44,923 nucleotides of DNA from Candidatus Neomicrothrix sp. UBA7828 (GCA_002500385.1 DLTU01000159.1:2455-47377), one strand, 5' to 3'. Shown: positions 28,268-39,128, numbered from the stretch's first letter. Notes: generated by a model not told the origin, from the sequence alone. A program made the numbers and translations.

Positions 28268-30217
28268 TTATCTGGCTTTACTTGTTATCTGGAGAAGTTG
28301 AGGCGCAAAGCTTCCATTCTCAAGATTCTGCCATGTGCCTTGACTACCGCCGACTGGAGGCGACGTTGAAGAGACCACATGGTCTAATCCATAGCCCGTA
28401 CACGCTCCGCAATCATAGCAAGGTGTCCATCTACAATCCTCTAATCCTTTTTCCTCGAGGGCATCTCGCCATTCCTGCCATAGGAAATCCTTATATAGTC
28501 CAGCGTCTAGGTGATCCCACGGAAGAGGCTCTTCAACTTTTCTGTGTCGGTATGTAAACCATTCGTACCCTAGGCCCTCTTTTTCCATTGCAGAGATCCA
28601 CAAATCTAGATCAAAGTGCTCGCTCCACTCCTGAAAGGTTCCACCGGAGGACCACACACTTCTTAAGACTTCTCCAAGTCTCCTATCACCTCGACTTAAT
28701 ATCCCCTCTACTAATGTTGCTTTGGGGTCATGCCATTTAAGTTTCACTCCTTTTGTTTTCCGGATTTCGTCTTTTAGCATGTGTACTTTTCGGTTCAATT
28801 CTTCGAGAGTATTCTGTCCGAACCATTGAAAGGGAGTGAAGGGCTTTGGGACAAACCCCCCAACGCTCACCGTAACTGATGCAGCGCTCGTATAGCGTTT
28901 ACCGATGGCAACACAGTTCGCTGCCAAACGTGCTATTCCGAGAGTGTCTTCGTCAGTTTCTGTTGGTAAACCAATAAGAAAGTAGAGTTTCATTCTTCGC
29001 CAACCTTGTGAGAATGCTGATTCAACCGCTCCATACAAGTCTTCTTCGCGAATTAGCTTATTTATGACTTGCCTCATCCTCCATGTCCCTGCCTCTGGCG
29101 CAAAAGTCAACCCAGTTCGACGTGCATTTTGTATGCTCGCAGCGATATCAACTGTAAAAGCATCCACGCGCAACGATGGAAGCGAAATACTCACTTGGCC
29201 GCAATTCACTGGATCAGCGATAGTTTCTTCCACCACATCTTTTATCCCGCTGTAATCCGCCGTGGAAAGAGAAGTCAACGCTACCTCATCATAACCTGTT
29301 CGTTTTAAGCCAGATTGAATCATAGTTCGTACCTGTTCATCAGACCTTTCTCTAACGGGACGGGTAATCATTCCTGCCTGGCAAAACCGACACCCACGTG
29401 TACAACCTCGGAATACTTCTACATTTAATCGGTCGTGCACTACTTCAGTAATAGGAACTAATTGTTCTTTGGGATAAGGCCATTCTTCTAGGTCAACGAT
29501 GGTCCTCTTTTCAATAAGTTCCGGAGTTTCGTCATTTATCGGTTTAAGGATTTGAGCACCATTCATATCATATGTGGCCTCGTACATACTAGGGACATAT
29601 ACACCCTCAAGTTTTGATAGTTCAAGAAGTAATTCTTGCCGATTCAGCAAAATGTTATTAGATGATTTGAACTGATATATCACTTCAGTGATATCAGAAA
29701 CAACCTCTTCTCCGTCCCCTAATGCAAAGAAATCAACTATATCCGCTAATGGTTCAGGGTTATAGACACAATGTCCTCCCGCCCCAATTAAAGGATGACC
29801 ACCTTTTCTATCTGAGGACATCACAGGGACATCTGCAAGGTCTAAGCAATTTATAAGATTGGTGTACACAAGTTCTGAGGAGAGATTAAATGCAATGACA
29901 TCAAATTCACTTGCTGGCCTGTGCGTATCCACGCTGAATAGTTGTATGCCTTCAGTTCGCATAATTTCTTCTAAATCAACCCATGGTGCATATGCCCGCT
30001 CCGCTTCCGAAATTGGTGATTCATTAAGGATTTCATACAGAATTTGCAGCCCCTGATTAGGAAGGCCTATCTCATAGACATCGGGGTATGTCAGTAACCA
30101 TGCAACATTTGATTCCTTATGAAGCGGCCTTTGCGCACCTTCTTCAAGGCCGATATAGCGCGCTGGCTTCTCGACTTGATCTAAATAACCCTCGAGAGTT
30201 TCCCATATGGAGCTCAT
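28268..30217 (-). CDS. B12-binding radical SAM protein (TIGR03960-like)
   Basis: KPARYIG, YPDVYEIG, GCTRGCRFC, TFAPEAG and a C-terminal CRWTPCYDCGAC. Confidence 0.92.
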   Translation of the reverse strand: MSSIWETLEGYLDQVEKPARYIGLEEGAQRPLHKESNVAWLLTYPDVYEIGLPNQGLQILYEILNESPISEAERAYAPWVDLEEIMRTEGIQLFSVDTHRPASEFDVIAFNLSSELVYTNLINCLDLADVPVMSSDRKGGHPLIGAGGHCVYNPEPLADIVDFFALGDGEEVVSDITEVIYQFKSSNNILLNRQELLLELSKLEGVYVPSMYEATYDMNGAQILKPINDETPELIEKRTIVDLEEWPYPKEQLVPITEVVHDRLNVEVFRGCTRGCRFCQAGMITRPVRERSDEQVRTMIQSGLKRTGYDEVALTSLSTADYSGIKDVVEETIADPVNCGQVSISLPSLRVDAFTVDIAASIQNARRTGLTFAPEAGTWRMRQVINKLIREEDLYGAVESAFSQGWRRMKLYFLIGLPTETDEDTLGIARLAANCVAIGKRYTSAASVTVSVGGFVPKPFTPFQWFGQNTLEELNRKVHMLKDEIRKTKGVKLKWHDPKATLVEGILSRGDRRLGEVLRSVWSSGGTFQEWSEHFDLDLWISAMEKEGLGYEWFTYRHRKVEEPLPWDHLDAGLYKDFLWQEWRDALEEKGLEDCRWTPCYDCGACTGYGLDHVVSSTSPPVGGSQGTWQNLENGSFAPQLLQITSKAR

Positions 30218-30268
30218 TTACATTACCTTCCCGGTAGCTTATTCTACTCTTCAAAAAGCGTTAAAGTA

Positions 30269-31423
30269 TTAAACAACCTGATATCGACGCATATGTACGT
30301 TGAGGACAAGACCTATTCCAACAAAACAAGAAATTGTTGAGGACCCACCATAGGATACAAAAGGTATCGGAATTCCTGTTATGGGCATTATTCCTAGTGT
30401 CATTCCTACGGACTGGAACATCTGGAAAGCAAAAAGTGTCATCACGCCACAACATATTAAAGTTCCCAGCAAGTCTGGCGATTTCCGAGCTGTGCGCATG
30501 CAGCGCCACATTACGATAGCGAATAAAGCCAATACGCTAACTGATCCAACAAAACCAAATTCTTCCCCGATAACGGAGAAAATAAAATCTGTATGTTGTT
30601 CAGGAACAAACTCCCCACGAGTTTGTTGACCTTGTCCAAAACCTTGACCAGTTAATCCTCCACTTCCTATAGCAATTTGTGCTTGAGTTTGCTGATACGC
30701 TGCTTCGGTCTGGCTTGAAGCTGGGTCAATGAATGATGTGAGCCTGTCCTGCTGGTAGTCCTGCAGTACCCCACTGCTCCAAACCAATGTCGATAAAATT
30801 ACTCCTACAACTGTAAGCACTAAAATATGTCTTGTTTGTGCTCCGGCAACGAGCAACATTCCCATTGTTATGGCTATGAACACGAGAGCTGTACCAACGT
30901 CTGTTTCTAAAAGGATTAATCCGATCGGGATCAGACCCAGCAAGAGCCCATTACCTAATTGGCGTGCATCTAAGCGCCCATTAAACCTTTCAAGATAGTT
31001 AGCAAGCATGAAAATATAAGCTATTTTGCAGAGTTCTGATGGTTGGAGTTGGAAACTCCCAAATTCAAACCATGCCTTTGTTCCATTTCTCTCTACTCCT
31101 AGTGGCGTCAGTACTAGTAAGAGAAGGAACATCCCACCCCAGAAGACTGCAGGGACCCAATCTCGAACTCTTCGATAGGGAAAATAAGCTGCTGTAGCCA
31201 TTGCAACTACACCTACTACGGCGAAAAGCAATTGCCGATTAAGGTATGCCCTATCATACAACTCTGGGTCGTTTCCCCTAGTAGCACTGTAAACCATGAA
31301 TGCCCCAATGACGGCTAAGGCGATACTACTAAGCACAAGGGCTATATCTATGTGCAGCCAAGGTGACCAAGGGTCACCAGTTGGGTTTAAATTAAGATTC
31401 TTATGCTTTCTTTGAGCCTTCAT
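30269..31423 (-). CDS. rodA: SEDS glycosyltransferase RodA
   Basis: QPSEL.K, D.GTA, PEQHTDFIFS and GIPIPFVSYGGSS motifs. Confidence 0.95.
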   Translation of the reverse strand: MKAQRKHKNLNLNPTGDPWSPWLHIDIALVLSSIALAVIGAFMVYSATRGNDPELYDRAYLNRQLLFAVVGVVAMATAAYFPYRRVRDWVPAVFWGGMFLLLLVLTPLGVERNGTKAWFEFGSFQLQPSELCKIAYIFMLANYLERFNGRLDARQLGNGLLLGLIPIGLILLETDVGTALVFIAITMGMLLVAGAQTRHILVLTVVGVILSTLVWSSGVLQDYQQDRLTSFIDPASSQTEAAYQQTQAQIAIGSGGLTGQGFGQGQQTRGEFVPEQHTDFIFSVIGEEFGFVGSVSVLALFAIVMWRCMRTARKSPDLLGTLICCGVMTLFAFQMFQSVGMTLGIMPITGIPIPFVSYGGSSTISCFVGIGLVLNVHMRRYQVV

Positions 31424-33528
31424 GAGGTACTGTCTTCCTCATTCGTTTTATCCGTTTCAGCAATGGGATTGAGTGACACCTTCGCCGCCTGTTCCTTTGC
31501 TATTTCATCTCTCTCAGCTTGGCTCAGAAAAGCAGGTACTCTTTCTAACGCTATGCTCTCAAAGTATCGTCTGATTACTGGTGCCGCGACCTGCCCGCCA
31601 AACCCAGCCTCTTCGAGAATGACTACTGCCACATATTCTGGGTCTGGGTTAGGTCCCCATCCGACAAACAGACCATAGTCAGCAATCAATATATTTTCGA
31701 CTTGTTTCTCAGATGTTCCCGTTTTCCCTGAGACAGGCCATTGTTCATGCGGGAAATCTTTAAATGCATTGTATGCAGTTCCTTCAGTTCCTATTTCTGA
31801 GCGCCATGTTGTTACAGCAGCAAGGCCTTCAAGGATCGGTTCTGAAAATGCATCCGGCAAAAAGATCTCCTTTAGTACTCTTGGAGCAAATTCAACTTGT
31901 GTCTCTCCCGTGATGGGGTCAAGTATCCGTAGTCCTAAATTTGGTGCATAAAGTGTCCCTCCATTAACTAATGCTGAATACGAGTTAGCGATTTGAAGCG
32001 GAGTCGCTAAGACATCCCCCTGCCCAATTGAGGTATTTAAAGTGTCCCCCGTTAGCCACTGACCGGTAAGGAATGCATCTGGGTTCTCACGGTATGCATC
32101 TCGACGTGAGGCTGGGGTTGGGATTCTGCCGCTCCCTTCGCCAGCAAGTGTGACACCCGTTCTACTACCGTAGCCAAAACTCGTTGCGGCTACCTGCACT
32201 GATTCAAGGTCAAAACCTGGGAGGATATCGAAGCTGGCAGCAAGGTTATAGAAGTAAACATCGGATGAATACGTCAGCGCTAACCTCAAATCAACATCTC
32301 CGTAGGCAGCCTCTCCTGCGTTTTGAAATCGGCAGGTTCCGCCCTCACAACTTGGAATCAGGTACACTCCCTCATCATAAAAGAGATCATCAATGCTCAA
32401 AATCCCACGTGAACCTATTAGACCTGTATCAAGTGCAGCATAGGCAGTAAAAGGTTTAAAAGTTGACCCGGGAGGGTATGTTCCCTGTATAGCCCTATTA
32501 AGGAGTGGAAGATAATTACCAGGGTCTGTGAGTCTATCAAAATCGTCATTACTTATACCAGATACGAATAGCTCGGGGTCGAATGTTGGGTAGGAGGCCA
32601 TAGCTACTATTGACCCATCTCTTGGATCCAGCACGACCATTGCTCCGGCAGGGGCATTGAAGATAACAACTCCTTCTTCTTCAAACTTTGTTGGTTGTTG
32701 TCTGGCTATGGAAAGCCCTTTGGCCAATTCTTGCTCGGCTAACGCCTGAAGGTCTATGTCAATTGTCAATTGAACATCGCTTCCTGCTTTAGCTGGAATT
32801 TCTTCATTTATTTCAAGAATATTATTAAACTTGTCGACGGTAACTACCTTCGTTCCAGGTGTTCCTCGAAGTGCGTCTTCATAGAAGAGTTCGATTCCGC
32901 TCTTACCGATTTCATCGTTTGCTAAATATGTTTTCTCTTTAAGGGCTACAGAGGACATCTCATCTTCGCTGAGAAGGCCAACATAACCAAGAATATGCGC
33001 AGCTAACGAACCGTACGGATAATCACGGACAGTCGTAACCGTTGTGTTCACTCCAGGGAATTTATATGAGTACTCAGCAAGGTAAATTTGTAATTCTTCA
33101 GAAATGTCTTGAACAACCGGCACCTCTGCAAATGGGCCATACCTGTTAGAACGATATGCTGATTCTATTTCCGCCACTTTTGTAAGATTTCCTGAGCGAC
33201 TTATTTCAGTCGCTAGGTCAAAGAACAAATCCTGTAAATCGTCTGTAGCAACTGTAGCCATTTCTTCTTTGTCGATTGTGACCAGTATTGATGCTCTATT
33301 ATCTACTAATACTCTTCCCTTCACATCAAGTATTCTTCCACGTGGAGCAAGTTCAATAATGGTTTCAGTAGTGTTGTCCGCAGCGCGTTCGACAAAAGAG
33401 GTTTCTTTGATCACTTGCAAATACCAAAGTCTGGCAATCAAAGGTACGAAAAGCGAAATTGCAACTGCTGCTAGTACTGCGAGTCTCAATCTATGAGATT
33501 GGGGCAGGTATCTTGAATTAACTGACAT
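31420..33528 (-). CDS. mrdA: Penicillin-binding protein 2
   Basis: TM anchor, APRGRI, SxxK (GSTFK), SSD and KTGT motifs. Confidence 0.94.
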   Translation of the reverse strand: MSVNSRYLPQSHRLRLAVLAAVAISLFVPLIARLWYLQVIKETSFVERAADNTTETIIELAPRGRILDVKGRVLVDNRASILVTIDKEEMATVATDDLQDLFFDLATEISRSGNLTKVAEIESAYRSNRYGPFAEVPVVQDISEELQIYLAEYSYKFPGVNTTVTTVRDYPYGSLAAHILGYVGLLSEDEMSSVALKEKTYLANDEIGKSGIELFYEDALRGTPGTKVVTVDKFNNILEINEEIPAKAGSDVQLTIDIDLQALAEQELAKGLSIARQQPTKFEEEGVVIFNAPAGAMVVLDPRDGSIVAMASYPTFDPELFVSGISNDDFDRLTDPGNYLPLLNRAIQGTYPPGSTFKPFTAYAALDTGLIGSRGILSIDDLFYDEGVYLIPSCEGGTCRFQNAGEAAYGDVDLRLALTYSSDVYFYNLAASFDILPGFDLESVQVAATSFGYGSRTGVTLAGEGSGRIPTPASRRDAYRENPDAFLTGQWLTGDTLNTSIGQGDVLATPLQIANSYSALVNGGTLYAPNLGLRILDPITGETQVEFAPRVLKEIFLPDAFSEPILEGLAAVTTWRSEIGTEGTAYNAFKDFPHEQWPVSGKTGTSEKQVENILIADYGLFVGWGPNPDPEYVAVVILEEAGFGGQVAAPVIRRYFESIALERVPAFLSQAERDEIAKEQAAKVSLNPIAETDKTNEEDSTS

Positions 33529-33537
33529 TTAGTTACC

Positions 33538-34074
33538 TTAATTCCGTTGTACACGGGTCATTGCAATCTGATTATTTCTGTAGTTGTTTTGGTGAAATAC
33601 CCATTCCATCAAAAAGTGAAGTATCGGAATAAACAAGCCCGTGTAAAGTCCTCCTACAACCAAAATCTTTCCAAAATTCTTGTTATAAAGGTTAGGTTCT
33701 GCAATTAATTCTCCAAATAGAACGAAAGTTACTAGGCCCAGAACTATACCTATAAGAGAAATTACTGTCCGAACGATCCTTTCAACATCTTCAGCGATTA
33801 GTTCAGAAATTATTCCGATCAAGTATCCGATTAACGCATATGTTAGGGCGCTTAAACCCATTGGGGAAGCAAGATATAGATCCACAAGGAAGCCACTTAG
33901 GAAACCAATTAAAGCCCCGTCGGTTGGGCCACCCTGCCATCCTGAAGCTACTGCTGCTCCCAACATAATTTCAGGCATGACACCGAAAAATCGGATACTA
34001 GCGAACAACTCAAGTTGCAGTATTAAAAGGACTAACAGAACTATGACTGCTTTTAATGCGCGAAGGAAAGTCAT
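33538..34074 (-). CDS. mreD: Rod shape-determining protein MreD
   Basis: Hydrophobic, with GFLSGFLVDL; lies between mreC and pbp2. Confidence 0.88.
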   Translation of the reverse strand: MTFLRALKAVIVLLVLLILQLELFASIRFFGVMPEIMLGAAVASGWQGGPTDGALIGFLSGFLVDLYLASPMGLSALTYALIGYLIGIISELIAEDVERIVRTVISLIGIVLGLVTFVLFGELIAEPNLYNKNFGKILVVGGLYTGLFIPILHFLMEWVFHQNNYRNNQIAMTRVQRN

Positions 34075-34931
34075 TATCTATTTCCCCCTAAGTCCGAAAT
34101 TGTCGGTTCGTATAAGATAACCGTTACAAATTCAAGATTTTCTAATTGTCCAGTAGGTGCGACGACTAGCTCTTTCTCGAGGTTAATCTCATCTACCACG
34201 ATTTCCAAGATCGTTCCAACAGCGAAGCCACCGGGATAGGGACTTCTTTCCGAGCCGCTTGTTACCATAATCGATCCAATTTCTACTTGCGCTGAAACTG
34301 GTATCCCATCGGATACTTTCAAAGGCTGGCCTACACCTCCCCCACTGAGGATTCCTATTTCGTTCGTACCAACGGCTAGAACCCCTACATTGACATTTGG
34401 ATCAGTAATAAGTCGCACACGGGAACTCCTTAGACCTGGGTCCTCAATGCGCCCAATCAAACCTCCAACTGATACGACAGCCATTCCTTCCCTAATTCCG
34501 CTTTGTGTTCCTTTTCCAATTTCGATTATGTAAGGGTCAAAATTCGAGACTGAGCGTGCAGTGATCTCAGCAACAATTGTTTTCTGGCCGCCTATGTTTT
34601 CGAGATCAAGTTGAGTACGTAGTGCGGTTAATTCTTCGACTGCACCTTCAGTCGTAACACGGTATTCAAGTAGTTCACTCAATTGTTCGCGAAGGAGTGC
34701 ATTTTCTCTTTCGAGAGCGTCTCCTTCAGAAAGTGATTCCCAGGCATCCGCTACCGGATCAAAAACAATGCTTGCAATGTTTCTGAATGGCTGGATGATA
34801 GCTGTAGTAGCTTTTCGAAGGTTTGCTAAAGGTTCGTACCCTCGAGCATCAAGGGAGATTAGCGTTACAGATATCAATAGAAGAATTGCGAGTGTAAACC
34901 TAGAGCCACTGCTTCTTTGTGGCACAGCCAT
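34074..34931 (-). CDS. mreC: Rod shape-determining protein MreC
   Basis: TM helix, coiled coil LERENALLR, GLIGRI, VTSG..YP.G. Confidence 0.92.
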   Translation of the reverse strand: MAVPQRSSGSRFTLAILLLISVTLISLDARGYEPLANLRKATTAIIQPFRNIASIVFDPVADAWESLSEGDALERENALLREQLSELLEYRVTTEGAVEELTALRTQLDLENIGGQKTIVAEITARSVSNFDPYIIEIGKGTQSGIREGMAVVSVGGLIGRIEDPGLRSSRVRLITDPNVNVGVLAVGTNEIGILSGGGVGQPLKVSDGIPVSAQVEIGSIMVTSGSERSPYPGGFAVGTILEIVVDEINLEKELVVAPTGQLENLEFVTVILYEPTISDLGGNR

Positions 34932-34945
34932 TCAATCCTCCTCTT

Positions 34946-35974
34946 CTAGATTTGAGTGGAGGTGAAGAGTACCCCTTTAAGTGAGTCAAAAGCCTCTAGT
35001 GATTTACCTGAACCTAATGCAACAGCGTGTAGCGGGTTTGGTGAAACGCATACTGGCATTCCAGTTTCGTGAGCTATACATTCAGGCATACCAGTTAACA
35101 ATGCACCGCCTCCGGCCAGCATAATTCCTTTTTCCATTATATCTGCCGCTAATTCAGGAGGAGTTACGTCCAGAGTCATCTTGACTGCGTCAAGGATTGC
35201 CGAAAGTGGCTCTGCTATCGCTTCTCGAATTTCGGAGGTAGATGTCACAATTGTCTTAGGTAAACCGGTTATTAAATCTCTTCCTCGCACTTCGGCAAAG
35301 ACTTCTTCTGTTGACCATGCGCTAGCGAGTTTGATCTTCAACTCTTCTGCTGTTCTGACTCCCAAAGCGACACTGTATTCTTTTTTTATGAACTGAATAA
35401 TCGAATTATCAAGCTCATCTCCACCAACACGAACAGATTTATTCGCAACGACTCCTCCTAGAGAAATAACCGCTACTTCGGTTGTCCCACCGCCAATATC
35501 CACGATCATATTTCCGCTCGGGTCCTGAACCTGCATTCCGGAACCTATTGCTGCAGCCATTGGCTCTTCAATGATGTAGGCCGGTTTCCTAGCTCCTGCA
35601 AATTCTGCTGCCTCTTGAACTGCGCGCTGTTCAACACCAGTTATTCCAGAGGGAACGCAAATAACCATTCGTGGTTTAGCAAGTCTACTCTGGTGGACCT
35701 TCTCAATAAAATGTCGAAGCATTTGCTCACACATATCAAAATCAGCAATAACCCCGTCCCTAAGTGGTCGTGAGGCTTGGATATGGCTAGGGGTTCTCCC
35801 TATCATTCTTTTTGCATCAGAGCCTACTGCCAGTGCAGAACCATCTCTGATATCTATTGCCACTACTGAAGGCTCGTTTAAAACTATCCCCTCACCACGA
35901 ACGTAGACAAGAGTGTTAGCAGTACCGAGGTCTACGGCCATGTCTCTGCCCATAACGCCAAGTATTGAAGCCAT
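34946..35974 (-). CDS. mreB: Rod shape-determining protein MreB
   Basis: DLGTANT, EEPMAAAIG, DIGGGTTEVA and LAGGGALL motifs. Confidence 0.98.
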   Translation of the reverse strand: MASILGVMGRDMAVDLGTANTLVYVRGEGIVLNEPSVVAIDIRDGSALAVGSDAKRMIGRTPSHIQASRPLRDGVIADFDMCEQMLRHFIEKVHQSRLAKPRMVICVPSGITGVEQRAVQEAAEFAGARKPAYIIEEPMAAAIGSGMQVQDPSGNMIVDIGGGTTEVAVISLGGVVANKSVRVGGDELDNSIIQFIKKEYSVALGVRTAEELKIKLASAWSTEEVFAEVRGRDLITGLPKTIVTSTSEIREAIAEPLSAILDAVKMTLDVTPPELAADIMEKGIMLAGGGALLTGMPECIAHETGMPVCVSPNPLHAVALGSGKSLEAFDSLKGVLFTSTQI

Positions 35975-36046
35975 TAGGAATTACCCTGTTTCATCTGCCT
36001 ATTCTCTCCAAACTGTATTGAGTTACGAGCCTCTCTCCGCATATTT

Positions 36047-36074
36047 ATTGTACGACTTCCATTGAAAAGTGCAA
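36047..36074 (-). promoter_or_regulatory. Candidate mreB operon promoter
   Basis: TTGCAC-N16-TACAAT on the minus strand. Confidence 0.5.
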
Positions 36075-36104
36075 TGCACCCCGAAAAAGTTCACCTAATA
36101 TTCT

Positions 36105-36506
36105 TTAACCAAAGAATATTTCGATTTCTCTCTTGGCGGATTCAGCTGAATCAGATCCATGTACCAGGTTTTCAGTGAATAGAGCGCTAAAGTCTCCACG
36201 AATCGTGCCTGATTCAGCTTCGGCAGCATTCGTTGCGCCCATCATTTTTCTTACAATCTCCCATGTGTCCTCAGGCCCTTCAATGACCATTGCGACAGCA
36301 GGCGATCTGCCTATGAAATCCACTAAATCATCGTAGAAAGGCTTACCAACATGCTCTGCATAATGCTTTTCCGCTAGATTCGGGCCAATTACTAGCATTC
36401 GTAGTGCAACTATTTTGAGACCTTTTTTTTCAAAGCGTGAAATAATTTCGCCGACGAGACTTCGCTCGACTGCATCTGGTTTGCAAAGTACTAAAGTTTG
36501 TTTCAT
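36105..36506 (-). CDS. ndk: Nucleoside diphosphate kinase
   Basis: KPDAV, GTIRGDF and NLVHGSDS motifs. Confidence 0.97.
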   Translation of the reverse strand: MKQTLVLCKPDAVERSLVGEIISRFEKKGLKIVALRMLVIGPNLAEKHYAEHVGKPFYDDLVDFIGRSPAVAMVIEGPEDTWEIVRKMMGATNAAEAESGTIRGDFSALFTENLVHGSDSAESAKREIEIFFG

Positions 36507-36529
36507 GCGAGAAGCCTATCGGAATGATT

Positions 36530-37834
36530 TCACTTTTGTTCGGATTGAAATTTCTGATTTGCTTCTCGCAGAGCGCCCACTACATACATAGATCCTGTTC
36601 CGAAAATCAACCCATCAGGAGAAGATGTTTTCAGTGCCTTCCTCAGTGCCTCTTCTGGATTAGGAGAAATAATGGTTTTAGAGCAATATTGTGACGCTAT
36701 TAGAGCTAAATCATCTGAGGACATTGATCGTGGACTAGGAGCTTCAGTGGTGAATATGCAGTCAAATTCCCTAGCGTTAAGGTTTGATAACATCCAATCC
36801 GCATCTTTCTCCTCTGTCATGCCTACTATTAGTGTTCTAGAGCCATCTAAAGTGAAGCTACTTTCCAGAGTTTGCGCCGCCGCTAAAGCTCCAGGAGGGT
36901 TATGTGCTCCATCAAGAATAACTAATGGCTCTTTTGAAATCACCTCAAACCTTCCTGGCAAAGCTATATTCTGAAAAGAGTTCTCCACGATTGACAACGG
37001 TATATCTGTTCCTAGAAATGCCGATGCCCCTGCAACAGCTATTGCTGCATTTTGCCCTTGATGGATGCCATGTTGAGACAAAAAAATATTCTTATAGAGT
37101 ACATCATTTATCTTCAAAGATAGGTGCCGGCCGTCTATTGCGAGGTCATTTTCAATACATGCAAAATCTATATCACGTCTCAATATCCTTGCAGAATTCT
37201 CTTGCAGAACGATATCTTCTACTTCATCATCAGTTTCGCCTAAACAAACGACTGATCCTTCTTTAATGATACCTGCTTTTTCCCATGCAAGTTTTCCCCT
37301 CCATCCTTCTGCACCATCTGTGTGATCGAATCCGACATTGGTAATAACCGCTACTTTGGCATCAGCGATGTTTGTAGCGTCATAACGTCCAAGCATACCG
37401 ACTTCTATAACGGCAACATCAACCGCATTATTAGCGAAACAGGAAAGAGCCGCCGCTGTCATCAATTCGAACCAGCTTGGAGTTATCTTGAGGATTGACG
37501 TTACTAACTTTAAGTGGCTAACTACTTCAGCAAACTCATCTTCAGATATTGGTTCAGTATTTAGTTGTATTCTTTCAGTGATTGAGCTTACGTGTGGTGA
37601 ACAATACGTCCCTACATTTAAACCCATTGAGCTTAACAGCGCAGAAATCAAGGCAGATGTTGAACCCTTGCCGTTTGTTCCTGTTATGTGAATGCATGGA
37701 AAGTCCTTTTGGGGACTCCCTATTGCCTGAGCCAGAAGGCGCATGTTGTCAAGTGCATTATCGTCAATCTTTTCCTTAGTTAGGGAGCGATTAATATGGC
37801 TACTAAGAAACTGTAAGGATTCCTCAAAATTCAT
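36530..37834 (-). CDS. folC: Folylpolyglutamate/dihydrofolate synthase
   Basis: HITGTNGKGS, EVG..GRYDATN, PGRFE and DGAHNP motifs. Confidence 0.95.
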   Translation of the reverse strand: MNFEESLQFLSSHINRSLTKEKIDDNALDNMRLLAQAIGSPQKDFPCIHITGTNGKGSTSALISALLSSMGLNVGTYCSPHVSSITERIQLNTEPISEDEFAEVVSHLKLVTSILKITPSWFELMTAAALSCFANNAVDVAVIEVGMLGRYDATNIADAKVAVITNVGFDHTDGAEGWRGKLAWEKAGIIKEGSVVCLGETDDEVEDIVLQENSARILRRDIDFACIENDLAIDGRHLSLKINDVLYKNIFLSQHGIHQGQNAAIAVAGASAFLGTDIPLSIVENSFQNIALPGRFEVISKEPLVILDGAHNPPGALAAAQTLESSFTLDGSRTLIVGMTEEKDADWMLSNLNAREFDCIFTTEAPSPRSMSSDDLALIASQYCSKTIISPNPEEALRKALKTSSPDGLIFGTGSMYVVGALREANQKFQSEQK

Positions 37835-37850
37835 TATCAGTTGACATAGA

Positions 37851-39107
37851 CTATGAGGCCGCTAGACCGCTCTCGCCTCGTAATATTAATTTAGGTGGCT
37901 CAGTCTTTAGAACTACATCCTCGTTGATCACGCACGAAATAACGTCGTCCCTGCCAGGAATCTCGTACATTACTTCAAGGAGGACCTCTTCAAGAATAGA
38001 CCTAAGTCCTCTAGCTCCTATCCGGCGTTCAAGAGCGAGCGTAGCTATTGCTTCTAGAGCTCCGTCAGTAATTTCAAGATTTACATCCTCGAAACCAAAT
38101 ATTTTCTTGTATTGTTTGATTAAGGCATTTTTAGGTTCATTGAGTATTCTAACTAGTGCATCATTCTCAAGGTTTCCAACTGCTCCCACAACTGGTAGTC
38201 GACCTATGAATTCGGGAATGAGCCCATATTTGACTAGATCCTCGGGTTGAACCTGGGCGTAGAGTTCGGTAAGATTTTTATCATTGGCATTCCGGATGTC
38301 GGCACCAAAACCTACGCCGCTGCTGCCTATTCGGTTTTCAATGATCTCGTCAAGTCCTGCAAACGCCCCACCGCATATGAAGAGAATATTCTTCGTGTCA
38401 ATTTGCAAGAATTCCTGATGAGGATGTTTCCTTCCGCCTTGTGGCGGAACTGAAGCTGAAGTTCCTTCAAGAATTTTTAGGAGTGCCTGCTGAACGCCTT
38501 CTCCTGATACATCTCTTGTTATTGAAGGGTTTTCGCTTTTTCTGGAAACTTTATCTATTTCGTCAATATAGATGATTCCCATTTCAGCTTTCTTTACGTC
38601 CAAATCAGCTGATTGAATTAATTTGAGGAGTATGTTCTCAACATCTTCTCCGACGTAGCCTGCCTCTGTAAGCGCTGTAGCATCTGCGATTGCGAATGGA
38701 ACATTGAGCATTCTTGCAAGTGTTTCAGCCATTAAGGTCTTGCCGCATCCAGTTGGGCCTATCAGCAAGATATTACTTTTAGAAAGCTCAACCTCGTCGT
38801 CACTTTTTTCACCCACCTGAACGCGTTTATAATGGTTATAAACAGCTACGGAGAGAATTCTCTTTGCTTGTTCTTGCCCAATTATGTAATCATCAAGGAA
38901 CGCATTTATTTCCTCAGGCTTAGGAAGCTCATCAAACCCTAACTCAGATGGTTGGGAAAGCTCCTCATCGATTATCTCGTTGCAAAGATCAATGCATTCA
39001 TCGCAAATATAGACACCAGGGCCAGCAATTAACTTTTTAACTTGTTTTTGAGATTTCCCACAAAACGAGCATTTTAGTAACTCTGAGGTTTCCCCGAATT
39101 TCGCCAT
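37851..39107 (-). CDS. clpX: ATP-dependent Clp protease ATPase ClpX
   Basis: Zinc domain [31 protein letters not shown] and the VGF docking loop. Confidence 0.98.
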   Translation of the reverse strand: MAKFGETSELLKCSFCGKSQKQVKKLIAGPGVYICDECIDLCNEIIDEELSQPSELGFDELPKPEEINAFLDDYIIGQEQAKRILSVAVYNHYKRVQVGEKSDDEVELSKSNILLIGPTGCGKTLMAETLARMLNVPFAIADATALTEAGYVGEDVENILLKLIQSADLDVKKAEMGIIYIDEIDKVSRKSENPSITRDVSGEGVQQALLKILEGTSASVPPQGGRKHPHQEFLQIDTKNILFICGGAFAGLDEIIENRIGSSGVGFGADIRNANDKNLTELYAQVQPEDLVKYGLIPEFIGRLPVVGAVGNLENDALVRILNEPKNALIKQYKKIFGFEDVNLEITDGALEAIATLALERRIGARGLRSILEEVLLEVMYEIPGRDDVISCVINEDVVLKTEPPKLILRGESGLAAS

Positions 39108-39128
39108 TTCACTTTCCCCCTTCGTTTA

